Source: an uncultured Chitinophagaceae bacterium
Lineage (GTDB): Bacteria > Bacteroidota > Bacteroidia > Chitinophagales > Chitinophagaceae
Assembly: GCA_963695165.1 (NCBI GenBank)
Contig: CAVOGF010000004.1
Location: 304,326 to 368,325, forward strand
Length of the DNA: 64,000 nt
Reading direction: 5' to 3'
Under the pieces are notes generated by a model. It made no database searches, was not told the DNA's origin, and saw only the letters and a list, made by a program, of their open reading frames with translations. How positions within the stretch are numbered: the first letter of the stretch is position 1; each line of letters begins with the position of its first letter. Position numbers and translations under genes: made by a program. Of this stretch, positions 18,860 to 27,022 are shown piece by piece.

Positions 18860-19198
18860 TCAGTTTTCCTTAAGTACACCTTGTATTTGGTCATAAAGCT
18901 CAGGAATTTTGTTTTTGAACACGTCCCAAACAATTGAGTAATTCACTCCCATATAGTCATGAATTAGCCGGTCTCTCATTCCGCCTATGTTTTTCCATTG
19001 AATTGTGTTCCATTTGACCTTAAATTCCGCCGGAATTTTCTTTGTCGCTTCACCAATAATTTCCAAACTTCGCACAACAGCCCGCTTCAAAGTCTCGTTA
19101 TCAAGAAAATCTTCTTTTGATAACCCCTTATTGACCGAAAGCAAATATTCGCATTCGTCCGATATATGCTTCAGAAATTCGACTGGCTTCTTAGACAT
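18860..19198 (-). CDS. hepT: HepT-like (DUF86/HEPN) toxin
   Basis: HEPN R-x4-H motif in GGMRDRLIHDYMGVNY. It overlaps the upstream nucleotidyltransferase gene by 8 nt. Confidence 0.85.
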   Translation of the reverse strand: MSKKPVEFLKHISDECEYLLSVNKGLSKEDFLDNETLKRAVVRSLEIIGEATKKIPAEFKVKWNTIQWKNIGGMRDRLIHDYMGVNYSIVWDVFKNKIPELYDQIQGVLKEN

Positions 19199-19493
19199 AC
19201 AGAACGCTCTTTAGTATCTTAGGACCGATATGTGGGCTTAAACCATTTTTAGTAACGATTTCAACTTTCTCATTTTTAAAAAGGTTCTCAAATATATCGT
19301 AAACAGCCATGTAGTTGTCAAAATTTTCTTTGTCAGGTTCAAAATCAATCAGTAAGTCAATGTCACTGCCTATTAATTGCTCGTCACGTAAATAAGAGCC
19401 AAATAAACCAATATTAGATACGCCATATTTTGACAAGTCAGACTTGTGAGTTTTCAGAACAGAAATAATATTTTCTTCGTTGTCATGCAACAA
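19191..19493 (-). CDS. mntA: MNT-type nucleotidyltransferase antitoxin
   Basis: GLFGSYLRDEQLIGSDIDLLIDF matches the minimal nucleotidyltransferase GS-x-R...D-x-D motif. Confidence 0.85.
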   Translation of the reverse strand: MLHDNEENIISVLKTHKSDLSKYGVSNIGLFGSYLRDEQLIGSDIDLLIDFEPDKENFDNYMAVYDIFENLFKNEKVEIVTKNGLSPHIGPKILKSVLYV

Positions 19494-19675
19494 AGATAAA
19501 ATTACTTCGGCGATTTGATACTGTGCAGAAAAATTACTGCCAACGCCTCCGGTTTGCTGTCTGTAGCGGCATTCAGCGGTTCGTCAGCCCCAATATAGTG
19601 ATCATGTTTATTGATTTTCTGTTGCTGAATGACTTACGTCCGCCGCTAATGGCAGCAAACCGCATTTTTTAACTA

Positions 19676-19901
19676 AAAAAATCGCCGGAAGAATAAGGTA
19701 CAACAAATACCTCAACCGTGCCTGTCGTGAAGTTAATGGATTTGCCGAAATTTTTCAACGTTTTGAACATAAAGATACACGGGATAAAACGCCCGCCGCC
19801 AAAGGGTTTCAGCCGATATGAAACTACGACATAAGTACCTGCTATTGCCCAGTTTCTTTCAACCAAGGTTTCATTTCTTGCCTTTTGGAAAAACGAAACC
19901 C
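19676..19901 (-). repeat. cassette-associated composite repeat, copy C (internal ~45-bp deletion, degenerate core)
   Basis: Aligns with 22030-22165 and 22215-22294. Core at 19851-19900 reads agtttctttcaaccaaggtttcatttcttgccttttggaaaaacgaaacc. Confidence 0.8.
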
Positions 19902-19991
19902 ATTTGTAGCGATTTCCTCGTCCGTGTAAATACTACGTCTCCACCTCTTAATGTCGTCAACATAAAATGCAAGTGTGGCTTTGGTTGTCAT
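19842..19991 (-). CDS. 49-codon ORF (hypothetical) whose 3' third is encoded by repeat copy C
   Basis: The ATG at 19991 gives MTTKATLAFYVDDIKRWRRSIYTDEEIATNGFRFSKRQEMKPWLKETGQ*. It is the only ORF in the 19902-20118 cassette. No homology is recognised, so it may be fortuitous. Confidence 0.25.
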   Translation of the reverse strand: MTTKATLAFYVDDIKRWRRSIYTDEEIATNGFRFSKRQEMKPWLKETGQ

Positions 19992-20118
19992 AAAATTCTA
20001 AAAAACGTCAAATTTATATAGTGGTTTCCCAAATTAGTATGCGATAAATATATGGATTATTTGCCGCAAATAAGCGGTGAATGATTTGATTTTCACCGCA
20101 GGAAAAGGCAGAGAATGG

Positions 20119-20187
20119 CTCGGTTTCGTTCAACAAGAGGTTCATTTCTTGCCTGTTGAGCAAAACGAAACCTTAGTTATTAGCGTT
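20119..20187 (-). repeat. cassette-associated repeat, copy D (core only)
   Basis: ctcggtttcgttcaacaagaggttcatttcttgcctgttgagcaaaacgaaaccttagttattagcg. The stop codon of the DHFR-like gene (20173-20175) lies inside its TTAGTTATTAG tail. Confidence 0.85.
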
Positions 20188-20745
20188 CGTTGTTTTTTCT
20201 GATATCGGTTCATAATAAAATACTGTTGCACCGGAATGTAGGGATTTTGTCTTAGCGAGTTTGAAAACAATCCTGTCCTTTATTTGGTCAAACAATGGCA
20301 GCCCTTTTCCTTCTACGACAGGATGAATACAAATTTGAAATTCGTCAATAAGATTACTATTTAACAGTTGAATGATCAAACTCCGGCTTCCAACCAAAAT
20401 GTCCTTTCCTGGTTGTTGTTTGAGTTCCAAAACTTCTTCGTCAAGAGGTCTGTTTGCAAGTTTTGCACTCTCCCAGCCTGTGTCTTTTAGTGTGTTGGAG
20501 AAAACAAGTTTTTGAATTTTGTCTATTGAAATTGCAAAGTCGTCCATTGATTTTTCACCAGAAGGATTTTTCAATAATGATTGCCAAAATTGCATGAGTT
20601 GGTAGGTTGTCCGACCATATAAAATAATTCCTGCATTATCTATAAGTTCAGAATAATGTTGATGTAGTTCCTCATCAGCAACTCCGGCCGTATGGTCGCA
20701 AAATCCGTCGAGTGTCATATTGATTGCAGCAATTAGTTTTCTCAT
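20173..20745 (-). CDS. dihydrofolate reductase family protein (RibD C-terminal domain-like)
   Basis: MRKLIAAINMTLDGF...ILYGRTTYQLM...DILVGSRSLIIQLLNSNLIDEFQICIHPVVEGKGLPLF is the typical pattern of this family. Confidence 0.8.
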   Translation of the reverse strand: MRKLIAAINMTLDGFCDHTAGVADEELHQHYSELIDNAGIILYGRTTYQLMQFWQSLLKNPSGEKSMDDFAISIDKIQKLVFSNTLKDTGWESAKLANRPLDEEVLELKQQPGKDILVGSRSLIIQLLNSNLIDEFQICIHPVVEGKGLPLFDQIKDRIVFKLAKTKSLHSGATVFYYEPISEKTTNANN

Positions 20746-20794
20746 ATTCTAATTTTTAGTCGTCTGTATTACACGGGGGCGTCCGTTCACCCTA

Positions 20795-21015
20795 CCGTGA
20801 AGTTAATGGATTTGCAGAACTGCTGCAACGTTTTGAACGTAAAGAATACAGGGCTAAAACGCCCGCGGCCAAAGCTTTAGCCGCTACGAAAAAAACAGGC
20901 GCCTGACTGCTTCAATATCCTACAACCGCTTTATGAAAAATCCATAGGTACCTGCTATTGCCCGGTTTCGTTTCATTTCTTGCCCATTGGGCAAAAGGAA
21001 ACCTTAGTTATTATT
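20795..21015 (-). repeat. cassette-associated composite repeat, copy E (lacks first module; 11-nt deletion in core)
   Basis: ccgtgaagttaatggatttgcagaactgctgcaacg...cccggtttcgtttcatttcttgcccattgggcaaaaggaaaccttagttatt. Ends 10 nt from the mazF stop. Confidence 0.85.
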
Positions 21016-21025
21016 GGTGGTAGTT

Positions 21026-21352
21026 TTAGGCCACAAATGTTTCTTGAATTACGTTTTTCACTTTCTCAATTTCCTTGTCGGTCAATGATTCAAAACGTTT
21101 AACAATTCTTCTTCTGTCAATTGTTCTAATTTGGTCCACCGCAATCCAACCTTTAGTAGCTTTATGTTTAACTTCAACTCTTGTCGGGTACGGTTTTGAG
21201 CTACTTGTCATTGGTGCAACTACGACTGTCTGCAAATACTTGTTCATTTCGTCTGGCGACAGCACCACACAAGGTCTTGTTTTTTTCATTTCGCTTCCAA
21301 TCGTTGGATCAAGGTTAACCAATACGATTTCATATTGATTTATTTGCTCCAT
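21026..21352 (-). CDS. mazF: MazF/PemK family type II toxin endoribonuclease
   Basis: YEIVLVNLDPTIGSEMKKTRPCVVLSP...VVVAPMTS is a typical MazF/PemK sequence. It overlaps mazE by 13 nt. Confidence 0.9.
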   Translation of the reverse strand: MEQINQYEIVLVNLDPTIGSEMKKTRPCVVLSPDEMNKYLQTVVVAPMTSSSKPYPTRVEVKHKATKGWIAVDQIRTIDRRRIVKRFESLTDKEIEKVKNVIQETFVA

Positions 21353-21588
21353 TCTTCAAAGTTTTCATCTTCAAAAACATCGTCCATCAAAAGATGGTCA
21401 TCACCGTTTTCATGCATCTTTTTAAACGCTTTCTCCCAATTTTTTCGTGGTTCTGGTTTTGGCTTTAAAATGATATAATCTTTTTCAAGAATTAATTCAA
21501 CTTTGTCACCGATACTGTATTTTTCAAGAATGGTCTTGGAAAGCCTAATTCCTTTTGAGTTTCCAATGTTGATGATTGAAAGTTCCAT
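21340..21588 (-). CDS. mazE: AbrB/MazE/SpoVT family antitoxin
   Basis: MELSIINIGNSKGIRLSKTILEKYSIGDKVELILEKDYIILKP is a swapped-hairpin AbrB-type fold, followed by an acidic C-terminal tail. Confidence 0.85.
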   Translation of the reverse strand: MELSIINIGNSKGIRLSKTILEKYSIGDKVELILEKDYIILKPKPEPRKNWEKAFKKMHENGDDHLLMDDVFEDENFEEWSK

Positions 21589-22029
21589 AATTTCCAGTTT
21601 TGTTATTACAAAGTAATTACAATTTTCTCAGCCTTCCAAATTATCAAAATAGATTTTCGTTTCGCAAATAGTGTCCGGAAAAATTACCGCTAAGATGGGT
21701 AAGGGAACTCATAGGCAAAACGAAAAAGAAATCAGCCATTTAATACTTCAAAGCATGGCTAATCCTGGGTTACAACCCTCACTCAACAACGGAAAGCTCT
21801 AATCCTACACGGGAACTCAGCTCATTTACTTGTCAGTCAAAAATAACTCGAAAGCTCCCACAAATCTACTATGTTAAATGCGGGGGCTTTTAGTGGGGGC
21901 TTTCGGCTATTGTTCTTAATGTTGAATTAGCTAGCAGCTTTTCTTTGCAACTACGATTTATGTTAGCTTGTTTACACCTCTTTAAAATGTAAGATAACTC
22001 TATCATAAATCGTCGACGATGGTAAGACT

Positions 22030-22313
22030 GCCGGAAGAACTGAGGTACAACAAATACCTCAACCGTGCTTGCCGTGAAGTTAATGGATTTGCCGAACTGC
22101 TGCAACGTTTTTAACGCAAAGAAACACAGGCTAAAACGCCCGCCACCAAAAGGTTTCAGCCGCTACGAAAAAAAACAGGCGCCCTGCCTGCTTCAATATC
22201 CTACAACCGCTTTACGACAAATCCATAAGTACCTGCTATTCCCGGTTTCGTTCAACAAGGGTTTCATTTCTTGCCCGTTGGGCAAAACGAAACCTTAGTT
22301 ATTAGCGGCAGCC
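22030..22313 (-). repeat. cassette-associated composite repeat, copy F (most complete, ~285 bp)
   Basis: It contains all three modules: 22030-22062, 22063-22196 and 22197-22313. Core palindrome at 22244-22294. Confidence 0.85.
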
Positions 22314-23217
22314 CTGTTCTTTGTTGCCCGAAACCTGCTTAGTTATAATTAGCCCCTTTGCATTTTCTCAAGCAATAAGCATGTTCAAACTAATTTCATT
22401 CTCTGTCCACAGAAGGCTATTTAGAATAATTAAAAGTAATGGAAATTCTTTGTAAAGATATCCAAACGATAAAGCCGCTTTTTATAAATGTTGTTCAGCT
22501 TCTTCAGCATTTCAACACACTATTTTAGCGGCTGATACAGATGGCTCTTAATAGAAATAATTTTTATAAATAAAGTAATTACAGCACCTACAACTCCACT
22601 CCAAAAAATCAAAAACTTATAATATACATATCGGGAATTATATTTAATACTTTTCGGATCCAAGTCCTCGTCTACACGTCTTTTTAGGAAGTCATTAAAT
22701 CTTTCTTAGGAATTAATAACATGAAAATTATTGTTGACACGTACACAATAATAAATATGACTAACAAGCTATTCATGGTAAGCGATTTATTTCATTTCGT
22801 TATTTTCTTACAACATTACTAAAGACTTCTTTTATTCTAAATATTTACTTAAATATAGTAGTTTCTCCAACAGTTTTATATTCAAGTTATACCGGAAATA
22901 AGAACAGTTTTTTTTCCTCAACTGTCAGCTAACGTTTATCAATTACCCACTTCGGGTCTTTCAAAAAGGGTTGCCCATAACTCAAATATATGCGAAACTT
23001 TTTACCACTCTTGCTTTTTTTAACAAAAATATTATTGATTTCCAAATGGTTAAACCGGTTTTGCGAAAGACATATTTAAAATTTATAGCTTTCGTAAAGC
23101 CAACTTGTATTTTTCAATCCTCCTCCAATATCTTTCCAAATTTCTGCCCTTAAATTTCAAATGCGTTTTATCCGGCACAACAACCAGCTAAAACGCATTT
23201 GAAGGATGTTTTTGAAT

Positions 23218-23300
23218 CATGCTGAATAGAATTCCCAACAGTACAAGAGTGCGACGCAACGAAGACCCACAAAGGTTTGCAGCCGGGTACAAAAAAACCA
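23218..23300 (-). repeat. ~100-nt intergenic element, copy 3 (inverted, more diverged)
   Basis: The reverse complement tttttttgtacccggc...ggtcttcgttgcgtcgcac...gttggga...ttcagc aligns with 25048-25152 and 51386-51494. Confidence 0.55.
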
Positions 23301-23533
23301 ATCTCTGGAATTTAGGGATGAATAATATTAGGCAAACGACATTCTTAATTTTTAATAAAATATTCAACCACTTTGTGGTTGTTTCTCGCATCTATTTTAT
23401 ACCCCGGATTTCATCCGGGGCTACTCACATTTTAATCCCTTCGGGATTAAGAACGCCCCAAATAAAATCTGATGGGCGCGGCTGGAAAAATGCCGCCGTT
23501 TCCCCTTCGGGATTAAGAATACCCCACAAAAAT

Positions 23534-23553
23534 GCCCCGCTTTTGTGCGGGGC
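23534..23553 (-). terminator. GC-rich hairpin downstream of the MacA-like gene
   Basis: gccccgc-ttttgt-gcggggc forms a 7-bp GC stem. On the minus strand it is followed by ATTTTTG. It lies 68 nt past the stop at 23621. Confidence 0.5.
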
Positions 23554-23570
23554 GATTCCAATTATTTAAA

Positions 23571-23620
23571 CGAAACATTCAACAATTCAGCAATTAAACA
23601 ATTAATCAATTCAACAATTA
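23571..23620. repeat. short-period repeat (CAACAATT words)
   Basis: cgaaacattcaacaattcagcaattaaacaattaatcaattcaacaatta. Confidence 0.8.
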
Positions 23621-24990
23621 TCAACTTTTCTTAAACTGCTGAATGAGCTGCTCCTTAGGCACCACTTTTACCTTTGTACTATCCTGCAATTGTTTGCTCA
23701 CCACATCATAAGGGCCTGTTACTACTTCATCACCGGCTTTTAAACCGTGTGTAATTTCTATATAATTAATATCCTGGATATCTGTTTTAACGGGCACCTT
23801 TCGAACGATACCATCTTTCTGAACCACAAAAACAACTTCCTCCATATCATCATCAGAAGATACGCTTGCAACCTGGCTGACATTGTTGTTATCATGTCCT
23901 TTTTTTCCATGTCCGGAGATTTATTGTTCTTCTTATCGCGGGTTGTAACGGCATTTAAAGGCACCGTAAGCGCATTGGTATGCGTCTTGGTTTGAATATC
24001 CGCGTTTGCGGTCATATTAGGACGGAATGGAAAAGGTTTTCCTTTACCCAACAGATCTTTATAACTATCCGATAAAAGCCGCACATGCACCTGGTAGTTG
24101 GTAACAGTGGTGGAAGAAGATCCGCCTGAAGACTGTAAAGCAATCAACGGGTTAGCGATCTTATATACAACTCCTTTGAATTTGCGGTTACTATACGCAT
24201 CCACTTCCACAATGGCGCTATCGCCGATGCGCACTTTAGGAATATCATTTTCACCCACATCCACCTGCACTTCAATGCTGCCCAGGTCCGCGATACGCAT
24301 CATTTCGGTACCGGCCATTTGCGCTGTACCCACTACCCTTTCGCCTTTTTTCACCGCCAGTAAACTTACAACGCCATCCATAGGCGCCGTGATGGTTGCA
24401 CGGTTCACATCTTTACTCGCGCGGTTCAGGCTTGCCATTGAACTTTGTACCAAAGCCTGGTTGGCTTTAATGGCATCCGATGCGGCCTGATAATTGGCCC
24501 GTGCCGATAAATATGCCTGTTGCGCCTGCTCAAATTCCGATTGTGAAATCACTTTTTGATCCAGTAAGGTTTTTTGCCGGTTATATGCCGCCTGTGTCTG
24601 ATCTAATGTCGCTTTTAATGCTTCCAGCTGCGATTGAGAATTAGACACCTGCGCTTCCGATTGGGAAACAAGCGCTGCGGCCTGGTCGCGCTGGGATGCA
24701 TAAATATCAGCATAAATTTTAGCAAGCACCTGCCCTTTTCTTACCGTATCGCCTTCAGCTACGGTAAGCTCCACAATTTCGCCGGAGATATCCGGGCTTA
24801 CCTTTACTTCCACTTCAGGATAAATCTTACCACTGGCGCTCACGGTTTCAATGATGGTACGATCGGCCGCTTTTTCCGATGAAACTTTTGTGCCTTCGTC
24901 TTTTCCAAAAACGCCCGCCTTACTCAATGCAACCATCGCTATTACCAGCACGATAAGAATGCCGATGATCCATTTTAATTTTTTACTCAT
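23621..24990 (-). pseudogene. efflux periplasmic adaptor (MacA/HlyD_D23-like), frameshifted in a T7 run
   Basis: The 410-aa ORF 23758-24990 loses similarity after ...SPDMEKK. Across the T7/A7 run at 23900-23906 the other frame reads EKKGHDNNNVSQVASVSSDDDMEEVVFVVQKDGIVRKVPVKT... and continues as ORF 23621-23845, the normal C-terminal beta-domain. Confidence 0.8.
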
Positions 24991-25047
24991 ATTTTTATTT
25001 TCAGTGGTTGTGGTACAATATTAATTTTAAAACCGTTTCCCGAGCTG

Positions 25048-25152
25048 CAAATCATTTTTTTGATACCGGCATTTGTTTTTTATGGCATCTTCGTTGCGTC
25101 GCATTCCGTTCATCTGTATATCGTTGGGCAGCTTCAGTCTGCATTTCAAACT
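25048..25152 (+). repeat. ~100-nt intergenic element, copy 1
   Basis: tttttttgataccggcatttgttttttatggcatcttcgttgcgtcgcattccgttcatctgtatatcgttgggcagcttcagtctgcatttcaaac. By eye it is roughly 85 percent identical to 51386-51494. Confidence 0.75.
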
Positions 25153-25265
25153 ACCTTCCAAATTTTTTAAAGAACGTTACTGATTAAAAGAATTCTATTC
25201 AAATTTCCAACATTTAAATCAATTATATTTCATCAAAAAATTCGTACAAAGCGGTGAAGGATTTC

Positions 25266-26723
25266 TTATAATTTCAATCCCTGCCCTTTATAAAACTCAA
25301 GCAATTTCAAACGAAAAATATAATCAAGCTGGTTGGCGACCTGCTGAATTTTTGCGGTCAGTAATTTATTTTGATTGGTCAGCAAATCAATGGTACTGAG
25401 CAATCCCACATCATAACGCTTTGTTGCAAAATCAAATGCTTTTTGAGCGGACTGTACGCTTTTTATGCCCACGAAATATTTCTGCATCGAACTTTGCGCA
25501 TTTACATAAGCGGAATAAATATCCTGCTTCAATTGCAGATCGCCCTGCGTTTTTTGCAATTCATAATTTTTAATATCCAGTTTCGACTTTTCATAATTCA
25601 GCCGGTAACTGCCATTATTAAATATGGGAATACTGATATTGAATCCAAAACTCTGCCCGAAATTATTATTCACCTGGTCGCTCCATCCTTCCCAAAGCTG
25701 TGAAAAATTGCGGTTGTTTTGAGAAACCTTTATATTAGGACTCTGCACATAATAATTTGTTCCGCCAATATTTACAACCGGCTCCAATCCCGATATGGGA
25801 TTGTAGCCTGTGAAATTATACCCCGATAATTTTTTGAATGTATTTGAAAAATTGGTGGAAAGATTATATCCAAAGGTAATATCGGGATACATCAATGATT
25901 TCAGCGCCCTGCTGTTTGATTGCGCGGCCTGTATTCTGTATTGATTTGCTTTTTGTAAAGGAAAAAATTGAACCGCAGTTTGAAAAACATATTCGGGTTG
26001 CAAATCGGCCAGGTTTTCCAAAGGAATCTGATCCAAAGAAGGCGTTTCAACTTCAAAAGGAGCAGCAGCATCCAGGCTTAAAAGCCCTTTCAAAGACAAT
26101 ACATTCTGTTCATAACTTGCCTGCGCCGTAATAAGGTTCGTACTGTCCACGGCAAGCTGTGCTTCCAGTTCGGCCAGGTTTAGCTCGGGTAGCGAGCCGG
26201 CTAGTACTTTACTTTTAGTGTTTTCATATTGCGCTTTTGTAAGACTTATCTGGAGGGTATCAATATCAATTTGCTGTTTGGAGGCCAGTACCTGGAGATA
26301 ATAGGTAGCCACATTTAAAGCTATATCATTTCCTGTTTTTTCCATATCGGCGAGTGCGGCCTGCGCAAATAATTTGGATGCAGAAAGATTGTGCTTCAGC
26401 CTGCCCCAGTTGAATACTTCTATTCCGCCGCTTACGCCAAAATTCTGATAAAGAAACTGGGTAGTGGAAAACTGGTTGGTAGTAGGATCAATAGAACGCC
26501 CGAACCGCAGACCGGTGCCTGTGGAAAAACCGGCATTGGGATATTGATTCAGCTTCGCCTGCTGCACCTGCAATGCGGCAATACGGGCCTGTACATCCGC
26601 CTGCTTTACAGAGATATTGTTTTTAAGGGCATATTCCACGCATTGGCGCAGATCCCATTTCTCCTGTGCAAAAACTAAAACAGGGATAGTGCAAAGAAGC
26701 ACTATCAATAAACGTTTTATCAT
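25266..26723 (-). CDS. TolC family outer membrane efflux protein
   Basis: Signal peptide MIKRLLIVLLCTIPVLVFAQ followed by two OEP repeats. It lies upstream of the MacA-like adaptor gene. Confidence 0.85.
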   Translation of the reverse strand: MIKRLLIVLLCTIPVLVFAQEKWDLRQCVEYALKNNISVKQADVQARIAALQVQQAKLNQYPNAGFSTGTGLRFGRSIDPTTNQFSTTQFLYQNFGVSGGIEVFNWGRLKHNLSASKLFAQAALADMEKTGNDIALNVATYYLQVLASKQQIDIDTLQISLTKAQYENTKSKVLAGSLPELNLAELEAQLAVDSTNLITAQASYEQNVLSLKGLLSLDAAAPFEVETPSLDQIPLENLADLQPEYVFQTAVQFFPLQKANQYRIQAAQSNSRALKSLMYPDITFGYNLSTNFSNTFKKLSGYNFTGYNPISGLEPVVNIGGTNYYVQSPNIKVSQNNRNFSQLWEGWSDQVNNNFGQSFGFNISIPIFNNGSYRLNYEKSKLDIKNYELQKTQGDLQLKQDIYSAYVNAQSSMQKYFVGIKSVQSAQKAFDFATKRYDVGLLSTIDLLTNQNKLLTAKIQQVANQLDYIFRLKLLEFYKGQGLKL

Positions 26724-27022
26724 ATAACAAATATATTGGAAAGTTTGCTTTCAGGAAAAATTTTAGATGAACGGAAATAATTGTAGCTAACTGGTAACGC
26801 AAGCTGGCGGTGGTACCATAAAAAAGCAGTTCCAAATCATCAAACCATTGTCATCTGTCCTATTTATCACACATATAAACGAAACATGCAGTTAAGCAAA
26901 AACCCTACACTGTTTCTCCAGCGAAGCATCCGTTAATCCTTCAAGGTTTGCACATTGAAAAGCAAAACTGCTGGTTTCCACTTTTTTGACAAATAATGGC
27001 CGGCCAATAAAAATTATAATTA

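Noticed and set aside
19669-22298. ORFs 19669-19866(-), 19818-20021(+), 21890-22105(-) and 22065-22298(+) inside the cassette repeats
   Set aside because: Each lies largely within a copy of the non-coding repeat. The reading frames are not conserved between copies because indels break them, and the peptides look random.
22530-22800. Two consecutive small minus-strand ORFs (MNSLLVIFIIVYVSTIIFMLLIPKKDLMTS* then …YYKFLIFWSGVVGAVITLFIKII…) as a frameshifted two-TM protein cassette
   Set aside because: It is plausible given the frameshift load. However, both pieces are under 60 codons, AT-rich sequence readily yields hydrophobic peptides, and no homology is recognisable.
22960-23160. Minus-strand fragments reading …AEIWKDIGGGLKNTSWLYESYKF* and KYVFRKTGLTIWKS…, as a decayed NUMOD4/HNH homing-endonuclease gene
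   Set aside because: Only the EIWKDI start resembles the NUMOD4 motif. The fragments are ~25 aa, in different frames, and too short to support a call.
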